A stretch of DNA of 62,622 bases, the filler included, from Choristocarpus tenellus KU-1152 (taxonomy: Eukaryota; Protista; Phaeophyceae): the NCBI GenBank assembly GCA_964200185.2. It is 9 parts of 9 records of this genome, joined end to end, with 100 filler letters (N's around TTAATTAATTAA, not from the genome) between each part and the next. Parts side by side here need not be neighbours in the genome. Positions count along the whole stretch, not along the records: positions 10,168 to 16,502 come from CAXNAD020008359.1; positions 16,603 to 25,073 come from CAXNAD020004673.1; positions 25,174 to 28,468 come from CAXNAD020020971.1; 6 more parts are not named here. One strand, 5' to 3'. The notes beneath the pieces were generated by a model. That model was given only the letters and a program-made list of their open reading frames with translations. It was not told where the DNA came from and did no database searches. The translations under genes and the position numbers were made by a program. Of the stretch, positions 13,398 to 26,665 are shown piece after piece (positions within the stretch are counted from its first letter, which is position 1; each line of letters begins with the position of its first letter).

Positions 13398-14549
13398 GGT
13401 GTACCATGGTTATGTATTTGTGTGGATAGATAATGCTTTTGTCTAGACATGATAGGCACTTGTATGTACAAGCACTGCTAGAGATACATAAACATTGTAT
13501 TGTTTTTTTTATATTTGAAAAATAGGTCTTGATTGCAATAAGCCTATTGCTAAATCTCCCGCTGAACGGTGTAAGAACAAGCTTAGTCCAGTAGTGATAA
13601 GGTGTTGGTTGGCACATTGAGCTTTCACAAGTCTTACATCTTTTGTGTTGTGGAGGTTCTGGGTCGCTTGACAAGGGGGATTTTGGTTGTGTAGTTACAG
13701 AAGAGCAGAGGACCACAACATCCTGTTAGTGCATGTACTCTGGAGTACATGTGAAGTAGGAAGCAATTACAGCAATTGTTTCTTAGAAATTGTTTTTTCT
13801 TTGTCAACACGAACAATTGGATATGTATACATACATAGCAGTATGAAAGGACTCATATCCTGGCACAGATTATTTGTGCAGGATTTGCTCAACCTTTTGT
13901 GCATGTCATCCATGCGTGCATGATCTCATGATCCGCCTAGTCAAATTCATTTTTTTTTCACTATGAGGTCATGATATGACCTGGCATTTCAGTTTTTTGG
14001 CCAGGGCAACATAAGTTCTTGGTAAGAAGGCATTGCCAACAAAATGCTGCGAAACATAAAGATAGTTATGATACGTATGTAAAGATGTCCTCCTTCCTAT
14101 CTCCCCAAACAATTCAGTTTCTTCCACTGTACATTGTAAGAATGGTGAGACCCACAAGAAATAGGGATTCGAATCATATAGGAATCACCAATCTGGTCAA
14201 ACTGCAGTTAAATTATTGCTTTCGTATACACTGTACACAAAGAGATGGCCTTAGCTGTCAAGGTCTTAGATGAACAGCCTCCCTCCACTCCCACATCACA
14301 ATATGTGGCATGTTTTGCATTCATTCATTGATCAGGAATAAGAAAGACTGAGTCATGTAAGAGGTTGTGTGACGTCTGCACAGAGTACAAATCGGTACAT
14401 ACCACAAGGGACAGGAAGCAATGTAGTGGTGGGCTTAGTGTCAGTAGGCTGCAGTATCTAGAAGTAATTGACATTGGCAATTCATCGATGTGTGTGGAAT
14501 ATGTAGAGACTGCCATTTGCCATACTTGCACTGCATATATATGCTAGTA

Positions 14550-15240
14550 GTACCCACTCTAATTCGTAAATATATAGCGTAGTGTACCATGGAAAGCTTT
14601 TGTGTTCCATTTCCTGTTCAGGAGTAATCACATGTCCACGTAGGCACACAAAACAGAAGAAAAGTGTGTGCACAGGCGCGTACTACTTCGGTTGTTACAT
14701 ACGCAAGAGAGAGAGTTTGCAATCCTTCGTTTAGTCTGCTGGCGGCTTTCAAAGTTGCTCTATACAATTTCACTTCCTACAGAAAATAGCTCTAGAGGTT
14801 GCGTTTCCAATTTTGAAAATAATTTGTGAAGCATGAACTCTAGTTCCATGTGTGCATAATAAGCACCACATATTTTTGCATACCAAAAATACGATTGTAC
14901 TGGCTGCCCTAGATGCTAGAGCAACATCAGTAAACACTGCCAAAATGTATTGTGACAACCCACAAAATACGTGTTCGTTGACACAATGGTACTAATTCTG
15001 CTTTGATGAAGGCAAGATCGTAGACGTTGTACAACTGTAGCCCTTCACAGTAGCATACAGTGCTGAGAAAGCACAGCAGAGTGTTGGTGCCAAGGGTACG
15101 TTTCTCTGCTGCATGTCCGGGTCTCAATTCACCAGTGATCCCTTCATCATTCCTTGCATGTTTGTTGTAATACATTAGCCCATCTTCAAGATTGCCGAGG
15201 CAGGATCCAAAGTCATTAGCATCATTGTGTTCAGTCCATC
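14550..15240 (-). mobile_element. decayed retroviral-type integrase remnant (Gypsy/Ginger-like)
   Basis: Frameshifted ORF pieces EDGLMYYN..H..LG.NTL..LS..CY.EG..FIK....CQR (Zn H2C2-like) followed by YILAVFTD.AL.SR.A.TI..W (core-like). Confidence 0.35.
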
Positions 15241-15959
15241 TAATCTCAACGTATAAGCATTGATGTGTGTATGTAGGTATCATATATAATAGATGTATGT
15301 ATTCATGTACAAGGGTTATGCCATTATTATTAATACACTATTATCGCCACTTGTTTTAATATATAACAATAGTGTCAATGCTATTTATTCTAAAATTCCA
15401 GATAACAAAAAAGGCATGATCAGCACAGGACCAGTGTATTTTTAATCACTTGCTATGTTGGAGGCAGGGACTTTTGTTGACGTTAAAGAGTAATATTTCT
15501 CACCAATCTGTACATTGAACTGGCGTCACTCCTTTGCTGCTGGGATTGTGGACGAGAAAGATGAGAACTGTGCGTTTGATATTTTGGACCATATTTTAGA
15601 TGAGGTAAGATACAGTTGAATGACTTTATAGGATTGTTAGTGGAAAATATTTTACTAGGGCCACACCGGTCCTAGACTGACTTTCAATTTCTTAGTTCTC
15701 AGAAATCATACATTTTCTGGATGTATAGCCTAGCCAGCAACTACTGGACTAAACTTGTTCTCAAGTCAGTAAGAGGAGAATTTGCGCTAGACCCAATACA
15801 ATCAAGGACACCTATATATATATATATTCTTCAAATATTCACAAGAATTAGTAAGGCTACTTATCTCTTGAAGCACTTGTAACTTCAACTCCTCAACTCC
15901 CCACCACATCAGGATACAAAAAATTTCCATCGGCACAACTATGTCACCCATGTTAAACA

Positions 15960-16480
15960 TCAGACTTCCTATGCAGCTGCTGCACCTCCTCTCTGACTCT
16001 ATGACACGCAAACGTCCTTGCCCAAATCAAGAGAACATCAATAAACCTTTGCGGGGACAAGTCATTGTGTAGGGCACTTCTCCTTACTAACCATGGTCAC
16101 CCCTAAGAGGAGACATCCAAACACCAACCTCGGTCACCCCTAAGAGGAGACATCCAAACACCAACCTCAGCATCAATACCACAGCCCTTGCCTTCAGCCC
16201 CTCCTTACATGACCTATCACACTGACCAATCACAGCAAGCCGTGGACTAAGATCCTGCCCATCATCCGGCTCAATAGATCGTCTCAAGAAGCAAACTTTC
16301 AGCCTATCCACCTCCTTCGATCTTCTTCACAATAGACTTTAATGACCGTGCACCTTTGTAGGGTCGTTTCATCTCATGTCACAAAACGAGTGCAAATGTA
16401 ATATATATCGGCGACATCAGAAGCCGAAAACTGCTCAGTGTTAAAGTATCCCCAAAATCATCAAAGAGGATAAAGGTGAC
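15960..16480 (-). pseudogene. inverted, decayed duplicate of the fibrillin last exon
   Basis: DRLKVCFLRRSIEPDDGQDLSPRLAVIGQCD..LKARAVVLMLRLVFG aligns with 13085-13240; DNA similarity spans roughly 12950-13400; frame disruptions and a 37-bp tandem duplication at ~16095-16168. Confidence 0.85.
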
Positions 16481-16602
16481 AAACCCGGCGAGATTGCTTG
16501 GTNNNNNNNNNNNNNNNNNNNNNNNNNNNNNNNNNNNNNNNNNNNNTTAATTAATTAANNNNNNNNNNNNNNNNNNNNNNNNNNNNNNNNNNNNNNNNNN
16601 NN

Positions 16603-18551
16603 CCCCCCTCCCAACCCACTGACAAACCAATGAGCAGTGTGGAGCGGGGTTTGGCCTCCCCCCACTGGCATACAAGTAAAGACTTGAAGATGATATTGCT
16701 TGTTCGGAGAGATCTGTTCATGGGTGTGGGAAAGGTTGCAGCTCAGTGCTGTCGAGCCACTTTGGCAGTTGTGAGGAGGGCACAGAGTTCGGGTCATGTG
16801 GGCACTGTATCAGTGAGTTGGTTTCCATGCTTTTAATTGTGTCTTTTTAAATACTGCTTTGTGGGAAGATGCCAAAGTGCTACTACTACCAGATTGTGTT
16901 GTGAGAAACACAGTATGAATGGTACATTATTACTTCTGAAAGATGGGAGACAAATATCTTAGTTTAATATTTCTAGGTTAATCCATCTTGGTTTTCTTGA
17001 TGAGGTAAACAATTTGAAGGGTCCCCTACCTTTTTTGTTTCAAATTAATAATAATATTAGTGAATATTGTTGTTGTAAGGTAAGGAGAGCATCTAGTGCT
17101 TGTTTATTTCATTTTTGTTTGCTTCAGGTCTTGTCTAACCTTTCTACCTTCTGAATGCTAGTGAGCGTGATTATGGCTACACCTGTACCCATATTTAATA
17201 TATCTTCAGGTGTTTTTTCTTGTGAAGAATTTTTTTAATTTGTTCAAATCATGCTTCTAGTGTGGTGAGTAATCTGTTGGTTGTGTCCCTTGTGTTCCTG
17301 CAAGTATTCTCAGCAAATAGTTGTTGTTCACAATGCTATTGTTTGTTCTGTGGTGTGATGTATGCATTTTGTCGACTTATAAAATTCCTTTCCAAACTGA
17401 TTTTTTTAGTGACTTGGGGCAAGGTTATTCTATAGCTTTGACAACGGAGCCACCCATACCATTGGGGAAGAGGCATTGGGAGGTCTAGGTTGGGGTGTAA
17501 TAGGCTAAACAGTGAAGTGTTGATGCACAATTGGGATCTTTGATGGACGTTATGCACCCACACCTCAACAATAGAAGCTGGTATACACTTGCACCTTAGA
17601 ATGCAAAGAATTTACTTTAGTAGTACAGTATCATTTTTTTCCTCATCACTACTTTGTCCCTGTCCCCTATCAAGCATTTCCACACTGTTTTCTTTCAGCT
17701 ACTACAATCAATAAACATCAAATTCATGAATTCGGTACAGGCATGGCAGGCTACTGGTGAGAACACTGTTGTGCTTGGGATTGACTCCCAGCAAGACCTT
17801 GAGGCTTTATTGGACACGGCACAAATCGATGGCATCCCCGCTGCGAAGGTGGGTACCAAGGGTGAAAGTGCTACTTACAGCTCTACATGTTGATGCCACT
17901 GTTATAAAAAGCGAAATGATGAGAGAGTTCAGGATGAGTCCATCCCATTGGCTTTTTGGTGCTAACATGTAGGCTTGATGTGTAATGTGTTCTATGTGCT
18001 TGTATCTGCTGTCTTCCATGTCTCTTTGATTTTTCCTGCTTCATCTATGTGCTTATTGTGTGCGTAGTTGTCTCAAACTGAAGGACTATAAAGTGCCCTC
18101 ACGTCCACCCATTCACATGTTGTGTGTAAGTATTTAAACCTCTGGTGTACTGGCTATTTCACACTGCTTTTTGCCCTAAGAACACAGTAATGGTGAATCG
18201 ACCCTGACTAGTGTTTATTACCGGTGTCAAGATGGGGATAAATTGTGTGACAGATGTTCAGTGTCCAAGTGCCTGTATCATAGTCATACATCCTTATGTA
18301 CTCTCCAAATGCCAGACAAAGGCCCCTTCTCTCATCTTGTATGACTACTGTACCTAAATACGCACAATACCTCTTTGACCGTCTCATTTGTATTCTGAAT
18401 ATGTGCACTGCCTTGGTGTATATTACACACCAAGCAGGTATGGGATGATGCCCAGAAAAATGTCCATGAGGGTACATGCACTGTTGGAGCAATTGGACCC
18501 GCCCCAGCTCACATGGTGGATGCAATCACCGGAGAGCTGCCTACCCTGTAA
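16603..18551 (+). CDS. PTH2: peptidyl-tRNA hydrolase 2 (Pth2/Bit1) family protein, divergent; probably 5'-truncated
   Basis: Exons <16603-16812, 17741-17848, 18438-18551, all phase 0 with GT-AG: KMILLVRRDLFMGVGKVAAQCCRATL../AWQATGENTVVL../VWDDAQKNVHEGTCTVGAIGPAPAHMVDAITGELPTL*. Confidence 0.85.
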
Positions 18552-20141
18552 TCCTACAGGTCTCCCTCAGGCGCTAATGGTCTTAGTCTCTTGGTTGTTT
18601 GTGTCAGATGTCTATACAATGCCTTCAAGTTGGCGTTGGAACTTGGTGCACCTTCTGTTCTGCATTTCAGACATCAAGTACTCCATGTACTATATGTGGG
18701 AGTATGTAATATGAGAGGATCATCTCTTTGAGAACATACAAGAGAGTGTTGTAAATTTCAGGTTGTCAGGAATCATTGCTTGTTTTGTGTGGCGCTTGAC
18801 ATGTATTCATTCTTTCAGTGTTTTTTTTTGTGATACATAGATATTTTGGCAATTGAATGCTATTGGATAGAGAAGTGTAGAGATCACCCAAGTGTTTTTA
18901 TGTACATGCCTGGAGCTTATCAGGAAAGTGTACATTGTTTGCACAGGTCTGTCTGTTTCTTGCTTGACATGTGCTTGCTTGCACAACAATAATTTCTTGA
19001 GAAGAGCAACACAGTACTACTACATCCGGATAGAACCCAGAGGAATATACCTAAGACCCTGTAGCCCACATAGTGTGGGAATAGGTATTGAAGCAATATT
19101 TCCATGTTTTCACCACCCTCTTGTGTTATATGTGAGAATTTGGTTGATTGTCTAGTCCAGTTGTTAGCATTTCCAAACAGAGGAAAGCGGATTTGGTGAT
19201 ACCACCTAGCTTCTATAGGAGCACATCAAGGATATACACACATAATATAGATGGTTGTGATTGATTTTGTAGTTCTGGGGCTCATAGGTATTTGTTTTTT
19301 TTTCTTAGGACTTTTTTTGGTACTGAACTCATATGCATCCTGCTTGCTTTTGTTTTGATATGATTAATGTGGTATGTATGTATGGGCCTTCTTGCACATG
19401 TTGTAGAAAGCACTTGTAACGATCAGAAGAGGTCCAATCAGTAGACTCAGAGGTCTACCTTGGTGGATGATCTTCACGGGTGACCTTCCCTGCCAAGGCT
19501 TAATTGAGCTTCATATGTTGATGTGGCTACACAACCCAATACACATTGATATACCTCTACCGTTGATCAAGCAACCTGCCTTCCTTGCTTTTAAGCAAAA
19601 CATGATAAACGTACTATTGTACTGGAAGCAGCAAACAATGAACATAATCTGAAGTATCGTTTTCTTTGAGGTAGGCTGACTTGTACACGTATGTCTGTTG
19701 TGACAATCATCATCACCAAGACAGTGACAACAGGCCAGGTGTGAGAATGCAATGGAAGACGTGGATGGTAATACTAGTAACACTATTTCGTAAAGAGGTA
19801 TGTATGAAGCAGGGCAGACTTATGTTGTATTCTAGCAGCTATTGGGAAGTAGGGGTAGTAGGTTGGGAAGTTATTTCTATATCCAACAGCACTAACAGCC
19901 CTACACGCAAGTAGAAGATCAAGAAGAGATGATAAAGGTGTGAATTGAGATTTATGGATGAAATGTAATTGGTAGTGGTATTAGTAGTAGGAAGTGGTAG
20001 TGCGGGAAATATAATGATGACCCAGGACACCACACATAGGCACTGGTTCAAAATTCTTGTTTTTTTTCTTCTATGCCATTATACTGCCATAAGGTTATTT
20101 CACACTGAAATGAGATGTGGTGGTACCTGGCTGCAGTGTTG

Positions 20142-20494
20142 AAGTGCGCAGGGGAACCTCCCCGTCTCAGGGAACCCCCACAGTCCTTGGGGAACCCCTA
20201 CTATCATACTTTTTCATTTCTTCAAACGAAGCTTAGGGTTATTTTGCACACATAGGTTAAGAGTAGAAGTTTGATTATCGAAAATGAATGTGAAAAAGTG
20301 AAAAGCGGGGGATTCTTGAGAGGATGCTGTTTCCCAGTACACGCTATACTCCACCACTTCTAGAATGTTTCCTTGACTGATATAGAGATATTTTTCACAC
20401 ACGAGTTAGGGTTAGGTATCAAAGCTGCGTGTGAAAAAAGGAAAAATAATGTTATAGTGGGGGTTTCCGAAGAAGTTGGTTCCCCTGTGCACTG
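20142..20494. mobile_element. hAT-like MITE (~350 bp)
   Basis: TIR AAGTGCGCAGGGGAACC / GGTTCCCCTGTGCACTG; subterminal GGGAACCCC repeats; degenerate 8-bp TSD CAGTGTTG / CAATGCCG. Confidence 0.55.
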
Positions 20495-22164
20495 CAATGC
20501 CGTGAACTATACCTTGCAGGGAAAAGACCTTATAGTTCCAAAGGTCGAAACTAAAAGGAGGGCAGATTTTCCTGGTAAGACCTTCAAGGCTCATTCTAAT
20601 AAAATTGAGTATTCTCAATTCCATACTGCCGCTGTTAGTACACACCGATTATACGAACTGTAGTATGAATAATGTACATATTTTACTGTTGTTGAATGCT
20701 ATCCAAGCACCACATGTGTGGAGATGGGATGGTTTTTGAGTTGGAACATAGTTCTTGCTCTGAACTTGTGGTTGTGGTAACATGAGCTAGGAGTGATGGG
20801 CCATGTCGCGAAAGAATGATCTATAAATTAGCATTTATTGGTCAGTGTATGTGGTAGATCCAAAAAAATAACACAGTGCACACTTCAGTAAGTCAGGAAT
20901 ACACACCCCACAACTGTTTAGAGGTGATGTGAACCCCCACCTTGAACAGAGACTACAACAGCATAATGGCATCTATATGCCTCACCCCGTTCTTCCATAC
21001 ATATAGTGCACTCAATTGGTGGGAAAATACCCCCCTCCTGTGAAAAATCATGAAGACATAACTTTGGGTACGACGAATTCTAATGCATGGAAAAATGGTG
21101 TGTATGCACGTACCTGTACCCCTTACATGGTTTGAACCATGATCGACCAAACAATAAAATGTAAATGCCCATTTCTCTTACAGTCCTTCAAGTATTCAAC
21201 ACAGACTTCAATAGCCCACCCTGCAATACTCGCACACATTGCACACATGTTAGACAAATGTTTATTGATAAAAAGTACAAAATAGTTGAGTCCATACACC
21301 AAACTAATGACTACACATATGGACCAAAGGGATACCCACAATCTCGTCTGTCTAGGTGGTGCATTGCACCTGGCATGTCCAATATAGAAGGTACAACCTG
21401 CATCTATTATAGTACACCCGAAACATGACCTAACCCAACACTGAATGGTGATGCCACCCTCAATAAGGAAATGAAACAAATAACAATGCCTAAAACATAC
21501 GGCAAGTGACAAAAATATTTTGTATACCCTTTGGGAACAGGTGGGCTTATTCATCTGGGCTACATGATCCTGTGAAACATCAGTCATCACCTTAGTATCA
21601 CAGCAAATAAGCTCGTGTTTTCCACCTGACAACTCGGTGGGCAGGATGGCCATTAAAGGAATTTATCGGTAGAACTTGCAGTGTGTTCGTGGACAGAGTT
21701 GTGTTAGGTATTGTCTAGAAGGCGCAAGCAACCTTCATCAAGTGCACATTCCACCATCTCAAGCGCTCTGATACTGTATTCTTGATGTAAAGCTTTGCTT
21801 GTTGGACTGTGTGGCCTATGTTGTGCTTACCCGCCCAAAGTTCCATTCGTGCACATTCAAATCGCTGTTGCCATTTATTCATCTAGGGTTGTGTTTCGTC
21901 TGTGTTCTAGGGATTATATATATTTCAATATCATCACACAATATTTATACTCTGGAGTAAATAGTTTCGTAGTCTAATGGCAAACAGCAAACGGCAAACA
22001 GGGAATTATATCTATTTCAAACTTGATGGCCGAAGTGAAATGATCTCTCTGAACAAAGTGCGTATTGGTACACTTGAAGGAGTAGCCCTATATGCTTTGA
22101 GTATGGAGTTAGTAGTAGTTTCTCTGCAAATGAGAGCGTGCACAACTGTTGTACAAAAAAATAC

Positions 22165-22610
22165 GAATGATTTGGTATTGTTAGGCATTTGTAGCGTCCA
22201 ATTGTTGCCCCTTGTGCACTATCTGCAACACTTCCTACAAGAATACAATGACCTCAATATGTGTTTTAATGGTGTGAAAGGCTGCTTACACCCTGCCACC
22301 ATGGCGTTCTACTCCTGATGTAAATGAGATTTGTTGGTATTGTTGTTATATAATGACACGAAAAGTGGGATTGTCACGTATTTGTAGTGTCCCATTGTTT
22401 CCCATATGTACACTATCTGCAACACTTTCTGGGTGAATGCATTGGTCTGGATGTTTACTCTGATGCTGTAAAGAATTGCCTTCAATCTGCACCCATGAAA
22501 TTCTTGGGCTAAATCACATGAGATGAGAGGCGTGGAAATTGTTGCTATGCAATGATAGAAACAGTGGGAAACCTGTTGCTATTTGGTTGTAGTGTCCAAT
22601 TGTTACCTTC
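22165..22610. repeat. old tandem repeat, ~2.3 copies of ~200 bp
   Basis: Anchor TTGTAGYGTCC.ATTGTT recurs at ~22188, ~22381 and ~22587, with CACTATCTGCAACACTT in the first two copies. Confidence 0.6.
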
Positions 22611-23349
22611 TTTCTTGTGACCCTCTATTCTAAACGAAAAATTAAGAAATAGACTAAATTCCTCACGATCAAAAAGGTTTCTTTTAAAATGAAAATGGTC
22701 AAAACACCTGCCTACCTCTTTTAATTTTACTCAGGCTTTCCTTTTTTTGTCATCTCCTTCCTTCCAAACCAATCCATTCACCTCTTCCACAAACCTCCAC
22801 CCGTCACTGAACGTATGTCCTTCCTCCCACCATGTAGTTGAACTTAAATAACATAATTATTTGCTCGTTGCGGTACATCATACTGCAGTTAAGAAGTGCG
22901 TAGGTATTGTGAGTGCATTTATTTGTTGTGTTTGTGTTTCGCAAGCCTTCCTATCAGACATACATGTAATATGATTTGTCTGCTATCTACTATATCCTAG
23001 TCATTGTCACTATTCCATAGAATACGTACTACATTGTATGAATGCTAAACATTGTTCATCGATATTATTCCAGTACAATTATTTTATAGATCTTTTCTCC
23101 AGCCTCGTAGAGCAACACATATTAAGTACTTTGTTGTGCTGATTCAGAAGAAGGGATTGGCGTGCTACTCCCTCTCATTTCGTGCTGTTGTTTATTTTTA
23201 ACAATATTATAAATATGATTGGATTACGACATTTTACACCCACTTGCTGACGATATCTTCTTGGATATTAGAGATGCTTGCTGAGGAAAATTCATTGATA
23301 TTGAAGTATTCACAGTAGCGAGCATTTTGCATCGTGTCATTTATGTTCT

Positions 23350-23613
23350 GAGCCTAAGTATCTTAGAGGGTAGAGTCGCGTCCATTTGGGGGTCAAAATA
23401 CAATGTTGTGATTTTGATGTAATTTTCGCTATCGTGTTTGTTAGGAAGTGTCAATATCGATGTTTCCGACACACCTTTCATAACGTATACATTTTTCCTA
23501 CTCCGAAACATTTTGGAGTCGGAAAATGTCATAAAAAAAACACATGGGAAGCCAAGCCCCACAAATGGACAAACAGGGAAAAAATTGTACNNNNNNNNNN
23601 GATATTTTCACTC
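23350..23613 (+). mobile_element. MITE family A copy (10-N gap in right TIR)
   Basis: GAGCCTAAGTATCTTAGAGGGTAG...GATATTTTCACTC; TSD TCT/TCT. Confidence 0.9.
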
Positions 23614-23635
23614 TCTGTTTTGTGGAAATCGTCCC

Positions 23636-25073
23636 AACCACCACCATGTCCTTAGCCACCCTCATCATCCGTCTACCCACCCCCTTTCTCCCAGCCCCTA
23701 CCATGACCTCCGTCAACCTCATCATTCTTCCTCACACACTCAATGTCCCAGCCCTCACCACGTTCCCGATTCCCCTCATTAAGCTGCCAATCACCCTAAT
23801 TCTCCACGACCCCACCATATGCTCCACCCTTCAAATCATCCTTCATCCCACCTTTATTCCCTTGGCCCTCACCACGTCCTCTAGCAATGCTGTCATGCTC
23901 CATCCCACCCCCATTTCCCCCGTACTTGATGCCTTCTTCCCCACCCTCATCACTCGCCCTGACAATTTTAAATGCCTTTCCCCTACTGTGTTCTCCCCCA
24001 CTCTCATCATGCGCCCTCATACCCTCATTTCCCCCACCACAACCATATTCTCCACCCTCATTCCTTGGCTCGATCCCATCCTCGAAGACCCTCACCCTAC
24101 CATGTTCTCCCCCACATTCACCATGTATCAAACCATCATTTCCCCCGCCCTCATTATATTATTCATCCCCTTTCCGTGGCCCTATCCCATCCTCACTGCC
24201 CCCATCATGTCCACCTTATCCAACAAATGGCTCCATCCCATCTTCACTGCCCTGGCCACTTATGGCGTCTGCCCTCATCCTCATTGGTCAATTCACAACC
24301 TCGTTTCCACTGCGCTCACCATGCCCTACATCTCTATTGAATGGCCCCATCCCATCCTCACTGCTCTCACCGTGTCCACCACCTCCATCAAATGGCGACA
24401 TCCCATCCTCGCTACCCCTGCGCTCATGATGTCCAACCTCACCCTCATCAGTCAACATCACCTCTTCATTTCCACTCCCCCCACCATGTCCAACACCTTC
24501 GAATGACTCCATCCCATCGTCACTGCCCCTGCCCCCACCATGTCCACCATCTTCTACGATTGCCTCCAGAACATTCTCATTGCCCCTGTCCCCGTCACGT
24601 CTAACCTTGCTCTCATCGGTCAACATCACAACCTCGTTTCCATTGCGCTCACCATGCCCTCCACCTCTCTTGAATAGCCCCATCCCATCCTCACCGCTCC
24701 CACCATGTCCACCTCCATCAAATGGTGCCATCCCATCCTCGCTGCTCCTGTCCCTATAATGTCCACTCTCGCCCTCATCAGTCAACGTCACCCCTTCATT
24801 TCCACTCCCCCCACCATATCCACCACCTCCTTCAAATGGCTCCATCCCATCCTCACTTCCCCTGCCTCTGTCAACTCTACCCTTGCCCTCATCTGTCAAC
24901 ATCATATCCTCATTTCCACTGCCCTCATCATTTCCTCTACCTTCAAATGACTCCATCTCATCCTCACTGCCCTTGCCCCTATGACGTCTACCCTCGCCCT
25001 CATCATTCAACATCACCATTTCATTTCCACTGCCCCTACCATGTCCACTACGTCTTTTGAATGACTCCATCCC
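23636..25073. repeat. C-rich minisatellite, ~60-bp units with ~120-bp dimeric higher-order structure; possibly coding on the - strand (Gly/Glu/Asp-rich repeat)
   Basis: Recurrent CCATCCCATCCTCACTG..CCACCATGTCCA alternating with CCTCATC.GTCAACATCAC..TTTCCACT; 260-aa - strand ORF 24288-25070 with a ~40-aa repeat. Confidence 0.85.
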
Positions 25074-25173
25074 NNNNNNNNNNNNNNNNNNNNNNNNNNN
25101 NNNNNNNNNNNNNNNNNTTAATTAATTAANNNNNNNNNNNNNNNNNNNNNNNNNNNNNNNNNNNNNNNNNNNN

Positions 25174-26549
25174 CCCCCTACTATTTGAACCCCCTGCCCC
25201 CTTCTTGGACCCTGCCTCGGAATCTTCCGCCTGCTCTGGTTGTGAAACTCCCTGCTCCTCGTTGGAGGTGGGAATGGTAATGTTGGCAATATCTTGGGTA
25301 ATGGTCTCTAGTCCATCTTGTGTCTCCATTGCAGAGGTCATCTGGCATTTAGAGGGAGGAAGGGACATGAATTGATGAGGCAGGGTGGGTGTCAATGCCT
25401 TGCAAGGCTTGCATTAGTCGAATGGTACCTTGTAGAGTATAGGGTTAGGGTATTACTGAGACTGTTCCGATTTGACTAAACACACACACATTATATATAT
25501 ATTATATATATTTGATAATACCCTATATAGTATATCTATATAGTTTCCTGTACCTGTACTGGAAGATGGATTCAGAACCTCATGCACAGAACATATATAT
25601 ATTTTTATATTATATTTTTGTTTTGGGCTGTTGTACATAGCACAAATTATTATTATCATTATTAATAATAATAACATTTGATAACAATCAATAGGTTGGA
25701 TATAACTGAATGATATTGGTTGCATGATTGTTATCATTAACTATACAATCACTACCATTTTCTTCTTATTATTCATAATCTCTTCACAGGTGAAAAAAAG
25801 AACCTACCAGACTCTTTACTGTTCCAAAAACCAACCGACCCGTGACCCAGTCAGGTCACATCAAATTCAAATAATCAGTCCGGGTGAAAAGCTTTGAAAA
25901 GAATTCTAAAAAAAAATACCCTAACCCTAACCCTCTAAGTGGTATTGGAAATGATCACAACACACTCAAAAGTATGCAAGCTACTCACCCAGAAAATACT
26001 GAAGTGTTTATGGAAGGCGGGTGGGTGGGGTAGAGGGAAATGAAAAATATAAATAGCTAATGGTAATCATTACCAATACAGATATAAAATCAATAGTAAG
26101 GACGGATCGATTTTACAGCAAGAAAACGCACAGGTAATTGATTTGATTTCGGAACATTTTGAAAAATTATTATTATCAGCAACAGCAATTCCTAAGAAGA
26201 AGAAAAAATGTTACAGGAATGGAAAAAACATAATAAATAGGGTAAGGGTTAGGGAATAAGGTAAGGGAATATAAATAGGGTTAAGGAAGGCTTGACCAAG
26301 ATCACTGTCGCGAAAGAGACTGACAACTGACTTTGCACTACATTTAACTCTCTCTACACTACATTTAACTCATCGTGCACTTGACTTTGCACTCAATTGC
26401 ACAAAGGATTTAACCCATTGTATAGTGAGTCTTGTACATGCCACCTCAATTCACACCACCAATACTGCTTAGTTTGTCATATCAAAAAGCCATATTTCCC
26501 TTGGTCAGCCATCACCTCTGGATCTACTAAAATACCCCTGGGCCACTAT

Positions 26550-26580
<31 letters not shown>

Positions 26581-26630
26581 GTTACTACTATCACTACTAC
26601 TACTACTACTACTACTGTTACTACTACTGT

Positions 26631-26665
<35 letters not shown>

